Source: Pseudomonadota bacterium (GTDB taxonomy: Bacteria; Pseudomonadota; Gammaproteobacteria; Burkholderiales; Burkholderiaceae_C). From it: 49,559 nucleotides of DNA. Below the pieces are notes generated by a model. It saw nothing but the letters and a program-made list of their open reading frames with translations, did not search any database and had not been told where the DNA came from. Location: NCBI GenBank assembly GCA_041165385.1, contig JBEANP010000001.1:1-49559 (forward strand), in the 5' to 3' direction. The position numbers and the translations under genes are program-made. Below are positions 38,502 through 46,777 of this stretch, piece after piece; the first letter of the stretch is position 1, and each line of letters opens with the position of its first letter.

Positions 38502-38924
38502 ATGAAAAAAGACACTCTCAAGAAATGCTCCAATTGTGAAGAAGGGCATCTCCACCAGGAAGTTCGTGACATCATCATCACCCGGCAGAAGCTGAGTACG
38601 ACTGTGAAGGACATAGCGGGTGCCTTCTGCGATCATTGCGATGAGATTGAGTTCGATGAAACCACGGATTCAGCACAGCGATACGCCGAAGCCGGTGATC
38701 AACTGGTGTTGCAGAATCGAGCCACGGCTGCAGCTGCGTTGAAGATGCAGCGCAAACGACTCAAACTCACCCAGGACCAGGCTTCGCGCCTTACTGGGGG
38801 CGGTCACAATGCGTTTTCGAGGTACGAAACCGGTGTTGCGACACCTTTGCCGGCAGTCGTGAACCTGTTCCGCCTTTTGGACAAGCATCCAGAAATGCTG
38901 AATGAACTGGATTACTCCGTCTGA
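38502..38924 (+). CDS. mqsA: MqsA family antitoxin (no C-terminal tail)
   Basis: CSNC...CDHC Zn-ribbon; HTH RKRLKLTQDQASRLTGGGHNAFSRYETG; LFRLLDKHPE end; ATG at 38502 after AAGGA. Confidence 0.93.
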   Translation: MKKDTLKKCSNCEEGHLHQEVRDIIITRQKLSTTVKDIAGAFCDHCDEIEFDETTDSAQRYAEAGDQLVLQNRATAAAALKMQRKRLKLTQDQASRLTGGGHNAFSRYETGVATPLPAVVNLFRLLDKHPEMLNELDYSV

Positions 38925-38946
38925 GTAAATTCGATATCAAAATATG

Positions 38947-38980
38947 AAGCCCCGACGCGTAAGCGATCCGGGCTTTTTAT
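38947..38980 (+). terminator. Rho-independent terminator after mqsA
   Basis: AAGCCC...GGGCTT stem followed by a T-run. Confidence 0.65.
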
Positions 38981-39617
38981 GTCTATGGAGCTCTGGGCAA
39001 CAGCTACTTAAAAGTAGCCAAATGCAAGCTTCGTATTTCAGCCCAAAGTAGACGGCGTTTTAGGCTGACCGTAGACGCGACTTCAGTGTGGTTGTGGACG
39101 ATTTGGGAAATACGCAGAAGTGACTTCTTGAACCCGGCATAGGCTTGTTGCTATTTGCCAAGCAGCAGTCATTGCCAACGTGCAGAAATTCGATGTGTTT
39201 GCATGGCAATCAATCCAACGGAATTGGAAAAATTTTGTCAATCGTCTTTTGGCGATTGGGGGGGGGCTATTTACCCCAATGGTCGTAAGCTAACTTTTCT
39301 AGATTTGTTGTGCCGCGTTTTTGTTTGTTGCTATTTGTTTTTCAAAAATGACAACACTTTCAACGATGGCCAATGTGCGGAGTGAATTGTCATCTGCTAA
39401 TGGGCTGGAAAGCCGCATGGATACTGGGTTTCCAGGCTATCCTTAATTTTCGGTACTGAATTCGTTGTGGGTTTTGCTGAAACTTTTCAGCAATGCTGAC
39501 TAGCCTCATAACCCAAGCCTTTTTTGTTTTGTGTCGATGATGTGCCCCATCTTTGCCGATCATTCTCCGGGTTTATAGACTTCTTCGGAAAGTGACTGGT
39601 AAGGTTTATGAGGCCAC

Positions 39618-40319
39618 TCATAGCCATTGTCCCGAGCTAGGGCAAACCACAGCCTTAGCGCCCCCGTACCAGAGCTGAGCTTCTAGAAGCGTTGAAGCAG
39701 CAGAAGTATTGGCGTCAAAAGTGATGTTCAGTGCGCTGCAAACTTGTGCGTTGTCAACTGGCAGTTCCCAGGTCAGAAAAACTTGGGAGCAGTCGTGGAA
39801 TGTTGAAAAGTTGCTTGCTTCAAATCGACTGCTATTGCGGTCAATCACACCATGCGGCTGACATGTGTCAAAAATTATGACAGTCCCGCGTTGGAGTGGG
39901 ACGCGATGCCCAGTCGCCGCAAAGTGTACGTCAAGGCCTTTGTCTTCGCTCAAGAAGAGGTTGCAAAAGACTTTGTCGCCATATTGATCGCCGTCGTGGT
40001 GGTAACTAGCGCCACGACACGCCATCAGGGAAAGGTTGCTACTCGCGAATGCTTGCTCAAACCCAATTTTGCGTGCCCAGTGCGCAACGATCTCGAGGCA
40101 GTTTTTGTAGCCAGGCCAGCGCATGCGTGTGCGCGCTAACGGCAATGACTCTACATCGCCAGCTTCCAGTGCCAAGAGCTGGGAAATGTCGCGGTCCCAG
40201 TCTGCAACCAGCTTGGTTGGTGGCGCCTCAATGCTCAGAGTGTCCGAAAGTACGACACTGCCCACGATACGACTGCTCAGAGAGTCGCCTTGCCAAAAGA
40301 ATGACGTGGACTTAAGCAC
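39618..40319 (-). CDS. Putative 2OG-Fe(II) oxygenase / cupin-fold protein
   Basis: HxD motif YHHDG, strand FCNLFLS, distal His in IFDTCQPHGV; GTG start with AAGGA RBS, 15 nt after the zorG stop. Confidence 0.65.
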   Translation of the reverse strand: MLKSTSFFWQGDSLSSRIVGSVVLSDTLSIEAPPTKLVADWDRDISQLLALEAGDVESLPLARTRMRWPGYKNCLEIVAHWARKIGFEQAFASSNLSLMACRGASYHHDGDQYGDKVFCNLFLSEDKGLDVHFAATGHRVPLQRGTVIIFDTCQPHGVIDRNSSRFEASNFSTFHDCSQVFLTWELPVDNAQVCSALNITFDANTSAASTLLEAQLWYGGAKAVVCPSSGQWL

Positions 40320-40334
40320 TGCTTCCTTTGTTGT

Positions 40335-40943
40335 CTAGCGAGAGTTGGTGCGCGGGTGCTTCGACTCTTTACCGGCGAGGTCAAGAAGCATCAGCGTGTC
40401 GATGTGCGTCATAAACCGGTTCAGGTAGTCAGGCGAAATGTCACGCATCAATTCCAAAGAGCGTAGGGCCACCGCATGTGAGTTGATGGGGCCAGCGTTT
40501 TGCGGTGCATTGTCTAAGGCGGCTTTGATACGTTGGTTGACACTCAGTTTGGACCAGGTGTTTCTAAAATATGCAACAGCTTTAAGCTCAGTCGGCGCGC
40601 TAGGGCCCACTCCCCCGATGGTCTGCAATCGATCAGGCTCATCGTTGTGTGAAAGGTGGTGTACGAGATCCTTCAGTGTCTCATTCGGTACGGGCTTGAC
40701 CTTGTCGACCGCTACACCAGTCCCTGGCGGTCGTGTATGAGCTGCGCGTGCCGCAAACGCGTGCGCTAACTGCAAAATTTTAGTATCCAAAATTCGACGA
40801 ACACTGCCTTCATAGGCGCTCGCCCGGCGATACAAAGCCTCTAGGTTGTGAAAACTCACGGGGTCCAAAAGATGCGCATCACTCTGCCGCAGTGCTTGAA
40901 TAGCTTGTGTGACTTTGTCGCCATCTGGATTCTGCTCACTCAT
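40335..40943 (-). CDS. zorG: DUF2894 family protein, Zorya type III ZorG
   Basis: FRNTWSKLS...PQNAGPINSH...LELMRDISPDYLNRFMTHIDTL; position after the MotB-like gene. Confidence 0.8.
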   Translation of the reverse strand: MSEQNPDGDKVTQAIQALRQSDAHLLDPVSFHNLEALYRRASAYEGSVRRILDTKILQLAHAFAARAAHTRPPGTGVAVDKVKPVPNETLKDLVHHLSHNDEPDRLQTIGGVGPSAPTELKAVAYFRNTWSKLSVNQRIKAALDNAPQNAGPINSHAVALRSLELMRDISPDYLNRFMTHIDTLMLLDLAGKESKHPRTNSR

Positions 40944-41583
40944 GAGTTACTGGCTTAGAGTGCGTAGTTCTAGGTACCGGAGACATTTCCACGCGTCGAT
41001 TGAGCGTGCGCCCCTTTTCGTCTGCATTCGGAGCAATGGGTTGCTCTGAACCAAAGGCTGCTGCAAACACCAAGCGTGAAGGCATCCCCGCGTCAATCAG
41101 CGCGCGCGTAACCGTCAGTGCCCGCTGCGCAGACAGTTCCCAGTTATCAGTAAATTGATTATTGCCGTCGCGGATGGAGCGATCATCTGTGAAGCCGCTG
41201 ATCATCAATATCTCGCCTCTCGATGTAAGAAATGTCTGCAGTGGCTTGATCAAGCTTTCCAATAGCCTCTTGCCTTCGGGCTGCAACTGGTCAGAGTTCA
41301 CCGTAAAGAGGAACCGCCCGCTAATGCCGATACGGCCGTTGTCCAGTGTGATGCGCCCAGAGGCCAGAGGAATAGCCAAAGCCTTTTCGAGCGTGAGTCG
41401 GCGTTGCTCTTCTTGCTGGCGCAGCTTGACTTCCGCTTCTAGATGCGTCGCCACTTCCAGGTGAATCACAAGCACGCCAACCAGGAGCAACACGAACGCG
41501 CCGAGCAAGCCCGACATCAGGTCGCCAAAAACTGCCCACACAGGGGCGGCGTCTTCTATTGATGCTTCATCACCCTGCATCAT
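40936..41583 (-). CDS. zorB: MotB/OmpA-like protein, Zorya ZorB
   Basis: TM segment with conserved Asp (WAVFGDLMSGLL); OmpA domain SGFTDD, NWELSAQRA, NRRVE. Confidence 0.88.
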   Translation of the reverse strand: MMQGDEASIEDAAPVWAVFGDLMSGLLGAFVLLLVGVLVIHLEVATHLEAEVKLRQQEEQRRLTLEKALAIPLASGRITLDNGRIGISGRFLFTVNSDQLQPEGKRLLESLIKPLQTFLTSRGEILMISGFTDDRSIRDGNNQFTDNWELSAQRALTVTRALIDAGMPSRLVFAAAFGSEQPIAPNADEKGRTLNRRVEMSPVPRTTHSKPVTHE

Positions 41584-43502
41584 CCTGCAACTTCTTCACG
41601 CAAGGTGGTTTGATGGGTAGAGATGCTGCGTAACTCTTGCACAATTTCTTTCTGCGACATGACGCTGAGGTCAATAATTTCACGCGCCTGTGCAACGTAA
41701 TATGCAAGCTGATCATCGCTTCTTGCCGTCGATTTATCCATGGCAGTCTCAATACGCTGAAGGTTGGCAATCAGTTTGTCATTTGCTTCACTGAAGGTGC
41801 GTACCGCAAAGCCCAGCGTGTCGCCCAGGCTGGACACTTCCACCGCACTGCTGGTGACGTTGTCAGCAATACCTGCGAGTTTGCTCGCCTCCATGCCCAT
41901 GTTGGAAGCAAATTGTTGCCCCGCATGGTTCAGCGTTTCGCCTGCGGTCTTCACCAGCGTGTCGATTACGGCACGTTGCTCGGTCGATGCTTGGTAAATC
42001 GAATTGAGCAGTGTATTCAGTGTGCTCAAAATTCGGCTGCGTTCTTCAAGTAAGTCGTTGTCCCGAGCAATGCTGTTAGACACTTCTTGGCGTAAGGTGC
42101 CAATCACCTCGGCAGCGGCACGTGGGGCCTCTGATGCAACCTGAATTAACCGCATGATCGGATCTTCGAGCGCAGCGCCTAGTGTCGATAAGTGGCTGGC
42201 AAGTGCGCTTTGCAAGTCACCAAGCCTCTCTACCGCGGCCTGGCCACGCACGTCTTCTGCTGCGCGCAGCGCACCCAGTTCCGTCTGCAATACGCTGGCC
42301 AGTTGGGTCATGCGCTCACCATGCTGCAGTACCCACGTGGCTTCTGAATCCATGCGTGATCGAGCCAACTCTTGCGAGCTGGCCACCATGCGGTCAATGG
42401 CCCCCAGCGTTTTGCCTGCACTGCTTTGCGTGTGCTCCGTAATGGCTTGGGCAGTGTGTTTAAGTGTGTTGCAGATAGCTTGTTGTTGGGCCAAAGCTTG
42501 CTGGCCTGTGGCTTGCCACTGCTGGTGCAGTGAGTCAACCAACTTCTCTAGCTGACTCTGCGTTGTTTGCACCATGCGTTCATGTAATTCGCGTGCCTCT
42601 TTGGATATGCTTGCCATAGCGCTTTCAACCACTGGGCGGATACTATCCCCAGCTGCATGGGCACTTTGCAACAGGCTGCTGCGCAATGACTGGTCTATGG
42701 AGTTGGCCAAACCGGTGTAGACCAATTTGACATCACCGTGAAAGCATTCTTGGTTGTGCAGCAAGCGCCCGTTGAGTTGCAAGGACATACTTTCTATCCT
42801 GACCATCATGGCCTGCAACTGGTCCACCACCGCAGGCAAGGCCTGCGATTGAAGCTGCAATGCCTTGAACGTCTCCCGGCGTTGAAAAGTGTGTGAATAG
42901 CTGCGCAATACCGTTGCAATTTTGATGTCCAGGGTTTGGGCTGCCACCATTCTTTCGCGTCTGCTGATGGCTGACATAAGACCCAATATGGCAGACGAAG
43001 CTACGCCAGCCACTGATGTGCCAAATGACAAGCCCAAGCCTTTGATGGGTGCTGCAAATGCCGAGCGAATCGCTTGCAAGTCGGTAGTGCCCTCCAGCGC
43101 GAACACCGCACCGTTGAGCGTAACCACCATCCCCAAAAATGTACCTAACATGCCCAACATCACGAGCAACCCCACCAAATAGGGTGTGAATGCAGGGCCT
43201 GGCAGTCCACTGCGTTCACCCTCAATGCGCACGCGCACGGGGTTTTGAAGTATGGGGTGAATGGTTGATATCCATGCTTCAAGGTTAGGCAATGGGTCCG
43301 GCAGTTCAGACAGCGCCCGGGACAGGGTGAGCGTGACTGCACGGAAGCGTTGCAACTCGAGTGCGCCGTATCCATAAACGATGCCAATTAGCACTGTCAT
43401 CATTAGCGCAACCAGATGCAGCGACATTAAAAATCCGCTGGCAATCCAAAGCACGGCAAATGCGCCCAGGCCAAACATAAGCGCAAAAAAAAGTCGATTC
43501 AT
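41580..43502 (-). CDS. zorA: MotA-like membrane protein with long helical tail (DUF802-type), Zorya ZorA
   Basis: LVMLGMLGTFLGMV and GLGLSFGTSVAGV TM motifs followed by about 450 aa of Q/A/L-rich helical tail. Confidence 0.85.
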   Translation of the reverse strand: MNRLFFALMFGLGAFAVLWIASGFLMSLHLVALMMTVLIGIVYGYGALELQRFRAVTLTLSRALSELPDPLPNLEAWISTIHPILQNPVRVRIEGERSGLPGPAFTPYLVGLLVMLGMLGTFLGMVVTLNGAVFALEGTTDLQAIRSAFAAPIKGLGLSFGTSVAGVASSAILGLMSAISRRERMVAAQTLDIKIATVLRSYSHTFQRRETFKALQLQSQALPAVVDQLQAMMVRIESMSLQLNGRLLHNQECFHGDVKLVYTGLANSIDQSLRSSLLQSAHAAGDSIRPVVESAMASISKEARELHERMVQTTQSQLEKLVDSLHQQWQATGQQALAQQQAICNTLKHTAQAITEHTQSSAGKTLGAIDRMVASSQELARSRMDSEATWVLQHGERMTQLASVLQTELGALRAAEDVRGQAAVERLGDLQSALASHLSTLGAALEDPIMRLIQVASEAPRAAAEVIGTLRQEVSNSIARDNDLLEERSRILSTLNTLLNSIYQASTEQRAVIDTLVKTAGETLNHAGQQFASNMGMEASKLAGIADNVTSSAVEVSSLGDTLGFAVRTFSEANDKLIANLQRIETAMDKSTARSDDQLAYYVAQAREIIDLSVMSQKEIVQELRSISTHQTTLREEVAG

Positions 43503-43508
43503 AAGTGG

Positions 43509-44240
43509 CTAATTCGTATCTGTAGTGAGTGCTTCCAGCAGGCCGACGGTTGGCTGCAGACGAAGGTCAAGCTCCGCCAACAGCACGACATGCAGGTCAC
43601 TAAAAAATTGGTTGAGCCAAGCGCCAGGCTTGGTCCAAAGGTCGGGGCTGTCGTGCCCGTGGGTTTTGCGCAATTGATGAAAACGCCGCTCGAACATGGT
43701 GGGCAAGCAAGCAAGCAAGCTGGCTTCGCGCTCTTGCAGTATGTTTTCATAGGTTGAGTCAAGCATCGCCAGTTGCCGCAAGCGAGGCGATACATTCGCA
43801 ATTCCATTGCGCACCTTGCTTCGCATGGAACGCGCACTTTGCTCTAAGTGCCGTTGATAATTTTGGTGATAGCGGCGGTAAGGCGTGTAGGTGCTTGCCT
43901 CTTCCATCGTCACACCCGCTTGGTGTGTCGGCAGCACCAAGCGCAACTTGCTATCGCTGGCTGTGGCGTAACGCGCAATAGACTGCTCCAGTGCGTGTCG
44001 GGCAAGAGAAAACTCTTTGGCTACAGCAAAGTCACCTGTTGCATGCAGGGCTGATGTGATTTGTGCAGCGCTATCCTTTTGCACACCAGACAGCTTGATG
44101 GCATCTGTAAAGCTAATCCAGGTACTTAGCTTTTCAGGCAAATCAGGGGCTGGTGTGGCAGGTTCCAGAACGGCCAAATCCACAAGCGTTCGAATTAACA
44201 ATGAACTGTGGAAATGGGTGCGCCTAGAGGCTCGCTTCAT
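43509..44240 (-). CDS. zorF: DUF3348 family protein, Zorya type III ZorF
   Basis: EKLSTWISFTDAIKL, PYRRYH, LRQLAMLD and LLAELDLRLQPTVGLLEAL; first gene of the cluster. Confidence 0.8.
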   Translation of the reverse strand: MKRASRRTHFHSSLLIRTLVDLAVLEPATPAPDLPEKLSTWISFTDAIKLSGVQKDSAAQITSALHATGDFAVAKEFSLARHALEQSIARYATASDSKLRLVLPTHQAGVTMEEASTYTPYRRYHQNYQRHLEQSARSMRSKVRNGIANVSPRLRQLAMLDSTYENILQEREASLLACLPTMFERRFHQLRKTHGHDSPDLWTKPGAWLNQFFSDLHVVLLAELDLRLQPTVGLLEALTTDTN

Positions 44241-44360
44241 ACGCTACTGACTTAAATGGAAATGCGTACGGCCGATTGCCACCACACTGAAGACTTCATT
44301 TTACATTCTGGCCTTGCCCGGCATTGCGCGCATGTTTATCCGGCTCAGTGTGTGGTGACG

Positions 44361-44377
44361 TACTGTTGAAAACAGTA
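44361..44377. promoter_or_regulatory. Perfect 7-bp inverted repeat, candidate operator
   Basis: TACTGTT-GAA-AACAGTA between the divergent zorF and ferritin-like genes. Confidence 0.45.
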
Positions 44378-44411
44378 TCTTGCCGCACGCTAGGCCTTTC
44401 ATTTTGTGAGT

Positions 44412-44972
44412 ATGAATCTGGCCAAAAAAACTGGAACGACTGAGGCTGCTGTATTGCGCCGGGATGCGCTTAAACACCTGGGCCAAGGCGCCGTAACGGC
44501 AAGCTATGACGCCGATTTGCCAGAAGTTGTTCGAATGCTCAACCTGGCGCTGGCCACCGAGTTGGTCTGTGTACTGCGTTATCGCCGACACCACTTCATG
44601 GCTCGTGGTATGCACGCCCGTATTGTTGCTGCCGAGTTTTTGGCGCACTCCAATGAAGAATTAGGCCACGCAGACAGTTTGGCAACACGCATCGTGCAGT
44701 TAGGCGGGGAGCCTGATTTTTCGCCCTCAGGGTTGAGTGCTCGAAGCCATGCCGAATACATTCCTGGCACTACGCTGTTTGACATGGTTCGAGAGAATTT
44801 GGTCGCCGAGCGCATTGCAATTCAAAGCTATCGCGAGACAATCCAGTTTTTAGGTGACAAGGACTCCACCACCAGCGATTTGCTCAAGCGCATTTTGGCT
44901 GCAGAAGAAGAGCACGCTGACGAGCTCGCTAGTTTGCTAACCGGAATGCCGGACGTACCAATGACCTCATGA
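44412..44972 (+). CDS. Ferritin-like (bacterioferritin/DpsL-related) protein
   Basis: LNLALATELVCVLRY, EELGHAD...RIVQLGGEP, ENLVAERIAI and EEEHADEL di-iron motifs; GTG at 44406 is an alternative start. Confidence 0.9.
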   Translation: MNLAKKTGTTEAAVLRRDALKHLGQGAVTASYDADLPEVVRMLNLALATELVCVLRYRRHHFMARGMHARIVAAEFLAHSNEELGHADSLATRIVQLGGEPDFSPSGLSARSHAEYIPGTTLFDMVRENLVAERIAIQSYRETIQFLGDKDSTTSDLLKRILAAEEEHADELASLLTGMPDVPMTS

Positions 44973-45030
44973 GTTAGGTCTCTATTGACTGCGTGTTTTG
45001 GGGTTTTTGGTGGCCTAGTACAATACTGCC

Positions 45031-45240
45031 ATGAGTAAATCACCCAATAAGACAGCTATCTTGGATGACGGCCTTCGGTACAAATCGAAAGTCGGAGGGT
45101 CCCCGTTTGCGACAACGCCATTTTCTGGCAGCTCCACCATGTCGTGTTTTCTGTGTGGAAAACACCGACCGCGCTCTGAGATGGTGACGCGTAAGCTAGT
45201 GGGTAAGTCGCAGGCGGTTTGTTCGCCCAAGTGCGGCTAG
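45031..45240 (+). CDS. Small Cys-rich (putative Zn-binding) protein
   Basis: CFLCGKHR...VCSPKC; followed by a strong terminator. Confidence 0.7.
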   Translation: MSKSPNKTAILDDGLRYKSKVGGSPFATTPFSGSSTMSCFLCGKHRPRSEMVTRKLVGKSQAVCSPKCG

Positions 45241-45255
45241 CCAGTTTTTACTGAT

Positions 45256-45286
45256 AAAAAGGCCACCTCTTGCAGGTGGCTTTTTT
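45256..45286 (+). terminator. Rho-independent terminator (possibly bidirectional)
   Basis: A5-G-GCCACCT-cttgc-AGGTGGC-T6. Confidence 0.85.
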
Positions 45287-45312
45287 GTTTAGGCGCCTAA
45301 TATGCGCTCACT

Positions 45313-46326
45313 ATGACTATACAAATTGCACTATCCATGCTTGACTTGGTGGCTGTGCGCGAAGGCGGCACGGTGGCCGACGCATTAGATATTGCCCTGC
45401 GTACTGCGCAACACGTAGAACGCCTGGGTTTTGAGCGGTATTGGCTGGCAGAGCACCACAACATGCCCGGTATTGCCAGCTCTGCCACCGCTGTTTTGGT
45501 GGGGCATCTTGCCGCGGGCACCAGCCGTATTCGCGTGGGCTCTGGCGGCATCATGTTGCCCAACCACGCGCCGCTGGTAGTGGCTGAAGCCTTTGGCACT
45601 TTGGCTGAGCTTTACCCCGGGCGCATTGACCTGGGGTTAGGGCGTGCGCCTGGTACCGATCCTCTGACAATGCGTGCATTGCGCCGCAATCGCGCTGAGT
45701 CGGAGGCCGACTTTCCGCGCGAAGTGGAAGAGCTGCAGCAATTATTGGCACCGGCCACGCCGGGCCAGCGCTTGGTAGCCTGCCCGGGCGCGGGTACTGA
45801 AGTTCCCCTGTGGCTCTTGGGCTCCAGCTTGTTTTCGGCCCAGTTGGCGGCGCAGCGCGGGCTGCCGTATGCCTTTGCGTCGCACTTTGCACCACGCATG
45901 TTGCTGCAGGCGGTTGCGCTGTACCGCAGCCTGTTTCAGCCATCCGCACAGTGCAGTAGACCCTATGTGGTGATTGGTGTGCCTTTGGTTGCGGCCCCAA
46001 CTGATGCACAAGCACAGTTTTTGGCCAGCAGCATTTATCAGCGCGTGCTGGGCATCGTTACGGGGCAGCGCAAATCCTTGCAGCCGCCTGTAGAAAACTA
46101 CCTTGAAAGCCTGCAGCCCCAAGAGACGGCGGCGATTGCTGATTTTCTGGGTGCTGCGGCCATTGGCGGCCCTGAACTGATCCAGCGACAATTGCAGCAC
46201 TTGACTGACATAACGCAGGCCGATGAGATCATGCTGGTGTGTGATATTTTCGACCCTGCGTTGCGTTTGCAATCCCTAGATATCGCCGCCTCCGTGCGGC
46301 CCCATCGGAACCCGACCCCACTATGA
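45313..46326 (+). CDS. LLM-class flavin-dependent monooxygenase (luciferase-like)
   Basis: [33 protein letters not shown] and WLLGSS motifs. Confidence 0.93.
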   Translation: MTIQIALSMLDLVAVREGGTVADALDIALRTAQHVERLGFERYWLAEHHNMPGIASSATAVLVGHLAAGTSRIRVGSGGIMLPNHAPLVVAEAFGTLAELYPGRIDLGLGRAPGTDPLTMRALRRNRAESEADFPREVEELQQLLAPATPGQRLVACPGAGTEVPLWLLGSSLFSAQLAAQRGLPYAFASHFAPRMLLQAVALYRSLFQPSAQCSRPYVVIGVPLVAAPTDAQAQFLASSIYQRVLGIVTGQRKSLQPPVENYLESLQPQETAAIADFLGAAAIGGPELIQRQLQHLTDITQADEIMLVCDIFDPALRLQSLDIAASVRPHRNPTPL

Positions 46327-46772
46327 GCCTGCCCCTGGACCCCGACACCGTATCGCACGGCATTCAGCTGGCGGTTGCGCCCGTGTTTTTGTTGACCGCT
46401 GTGGCCGGCATGATTGGCGTAGTAGCCAACCGCTTGGCCCGCATCATCGACCGCGCCCGCTTGGTAGAGGCACGCATGAAACACACCCTCACCACGGAGG
46501 AACGCGAATCCGACCAAAAAGAACTAGGCGAGCTGCGCACCCGCGGCCTGCTGGCCAACGGCAGCATCGGCTTGCTGACACTGTGTGCGTTTCTGATTGG
46601 CGCCACCATCATGTTGCTGTTTTTGGGCGAAGCCATTGAGCTGCGGGTGTTGCGCCTGCCGATGGTTACCTTTTTGTCGGGGGTGGCCAGCTTCATGCTG
46701 GCGCTGGGCTGCTTCATGGCCGAGACCATGATCGCTACGCGGCTCCTCAACTTCGGCAAGCACCGCCGCTAG
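46323..46772 (+). CDS. DUF2721-type membrane protein
   Basis: [11 protein letters not shown]...[11 protein letters not shown]; three TM segments; ATGA overlap with the upstream gene. Confidence 0.85.
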   Translation: MSLPLDPDTVSHGIQLAVAPVFLLTAVAGMIGVVANRLARIIDRARLVEARMKHTLTTEERESDQKELGELRTRGLLANGSIGLLTLCAFLIGATIMLLFLGEAIELRVLRLPMVTFLSGVASFMLALGCFMAETMIATRLLNFGKHRR

Positions 46773-46777
46773 GGCAC

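Larger units (their letters stand above)
287..39450. mobile_element. Integrative genomic (defence) island; boundaries approximate
   Basis: XRE-excisionase-integrase module at the left end, followed by BREX-2, TA, recombinase and orphan cargo of mixed base composition. No att direct-repeat pair was found, so both ends are inferred. Confidence 0.55.

Noticed and set aside
39155-39385. 76 aa ORF across the G9 tract
   Set aside because: TTG start without RBS and atypical composition; more likely non-coding boundary DNA.
40936-43502. Flagellar motA/motB or exbB/exbD assignment
   Set aside because: The long cytoplasmic tail and flanking DUF3348/DUF2894-type genes fit Zorya type III; there are no flagellar or tonB genes nearby.
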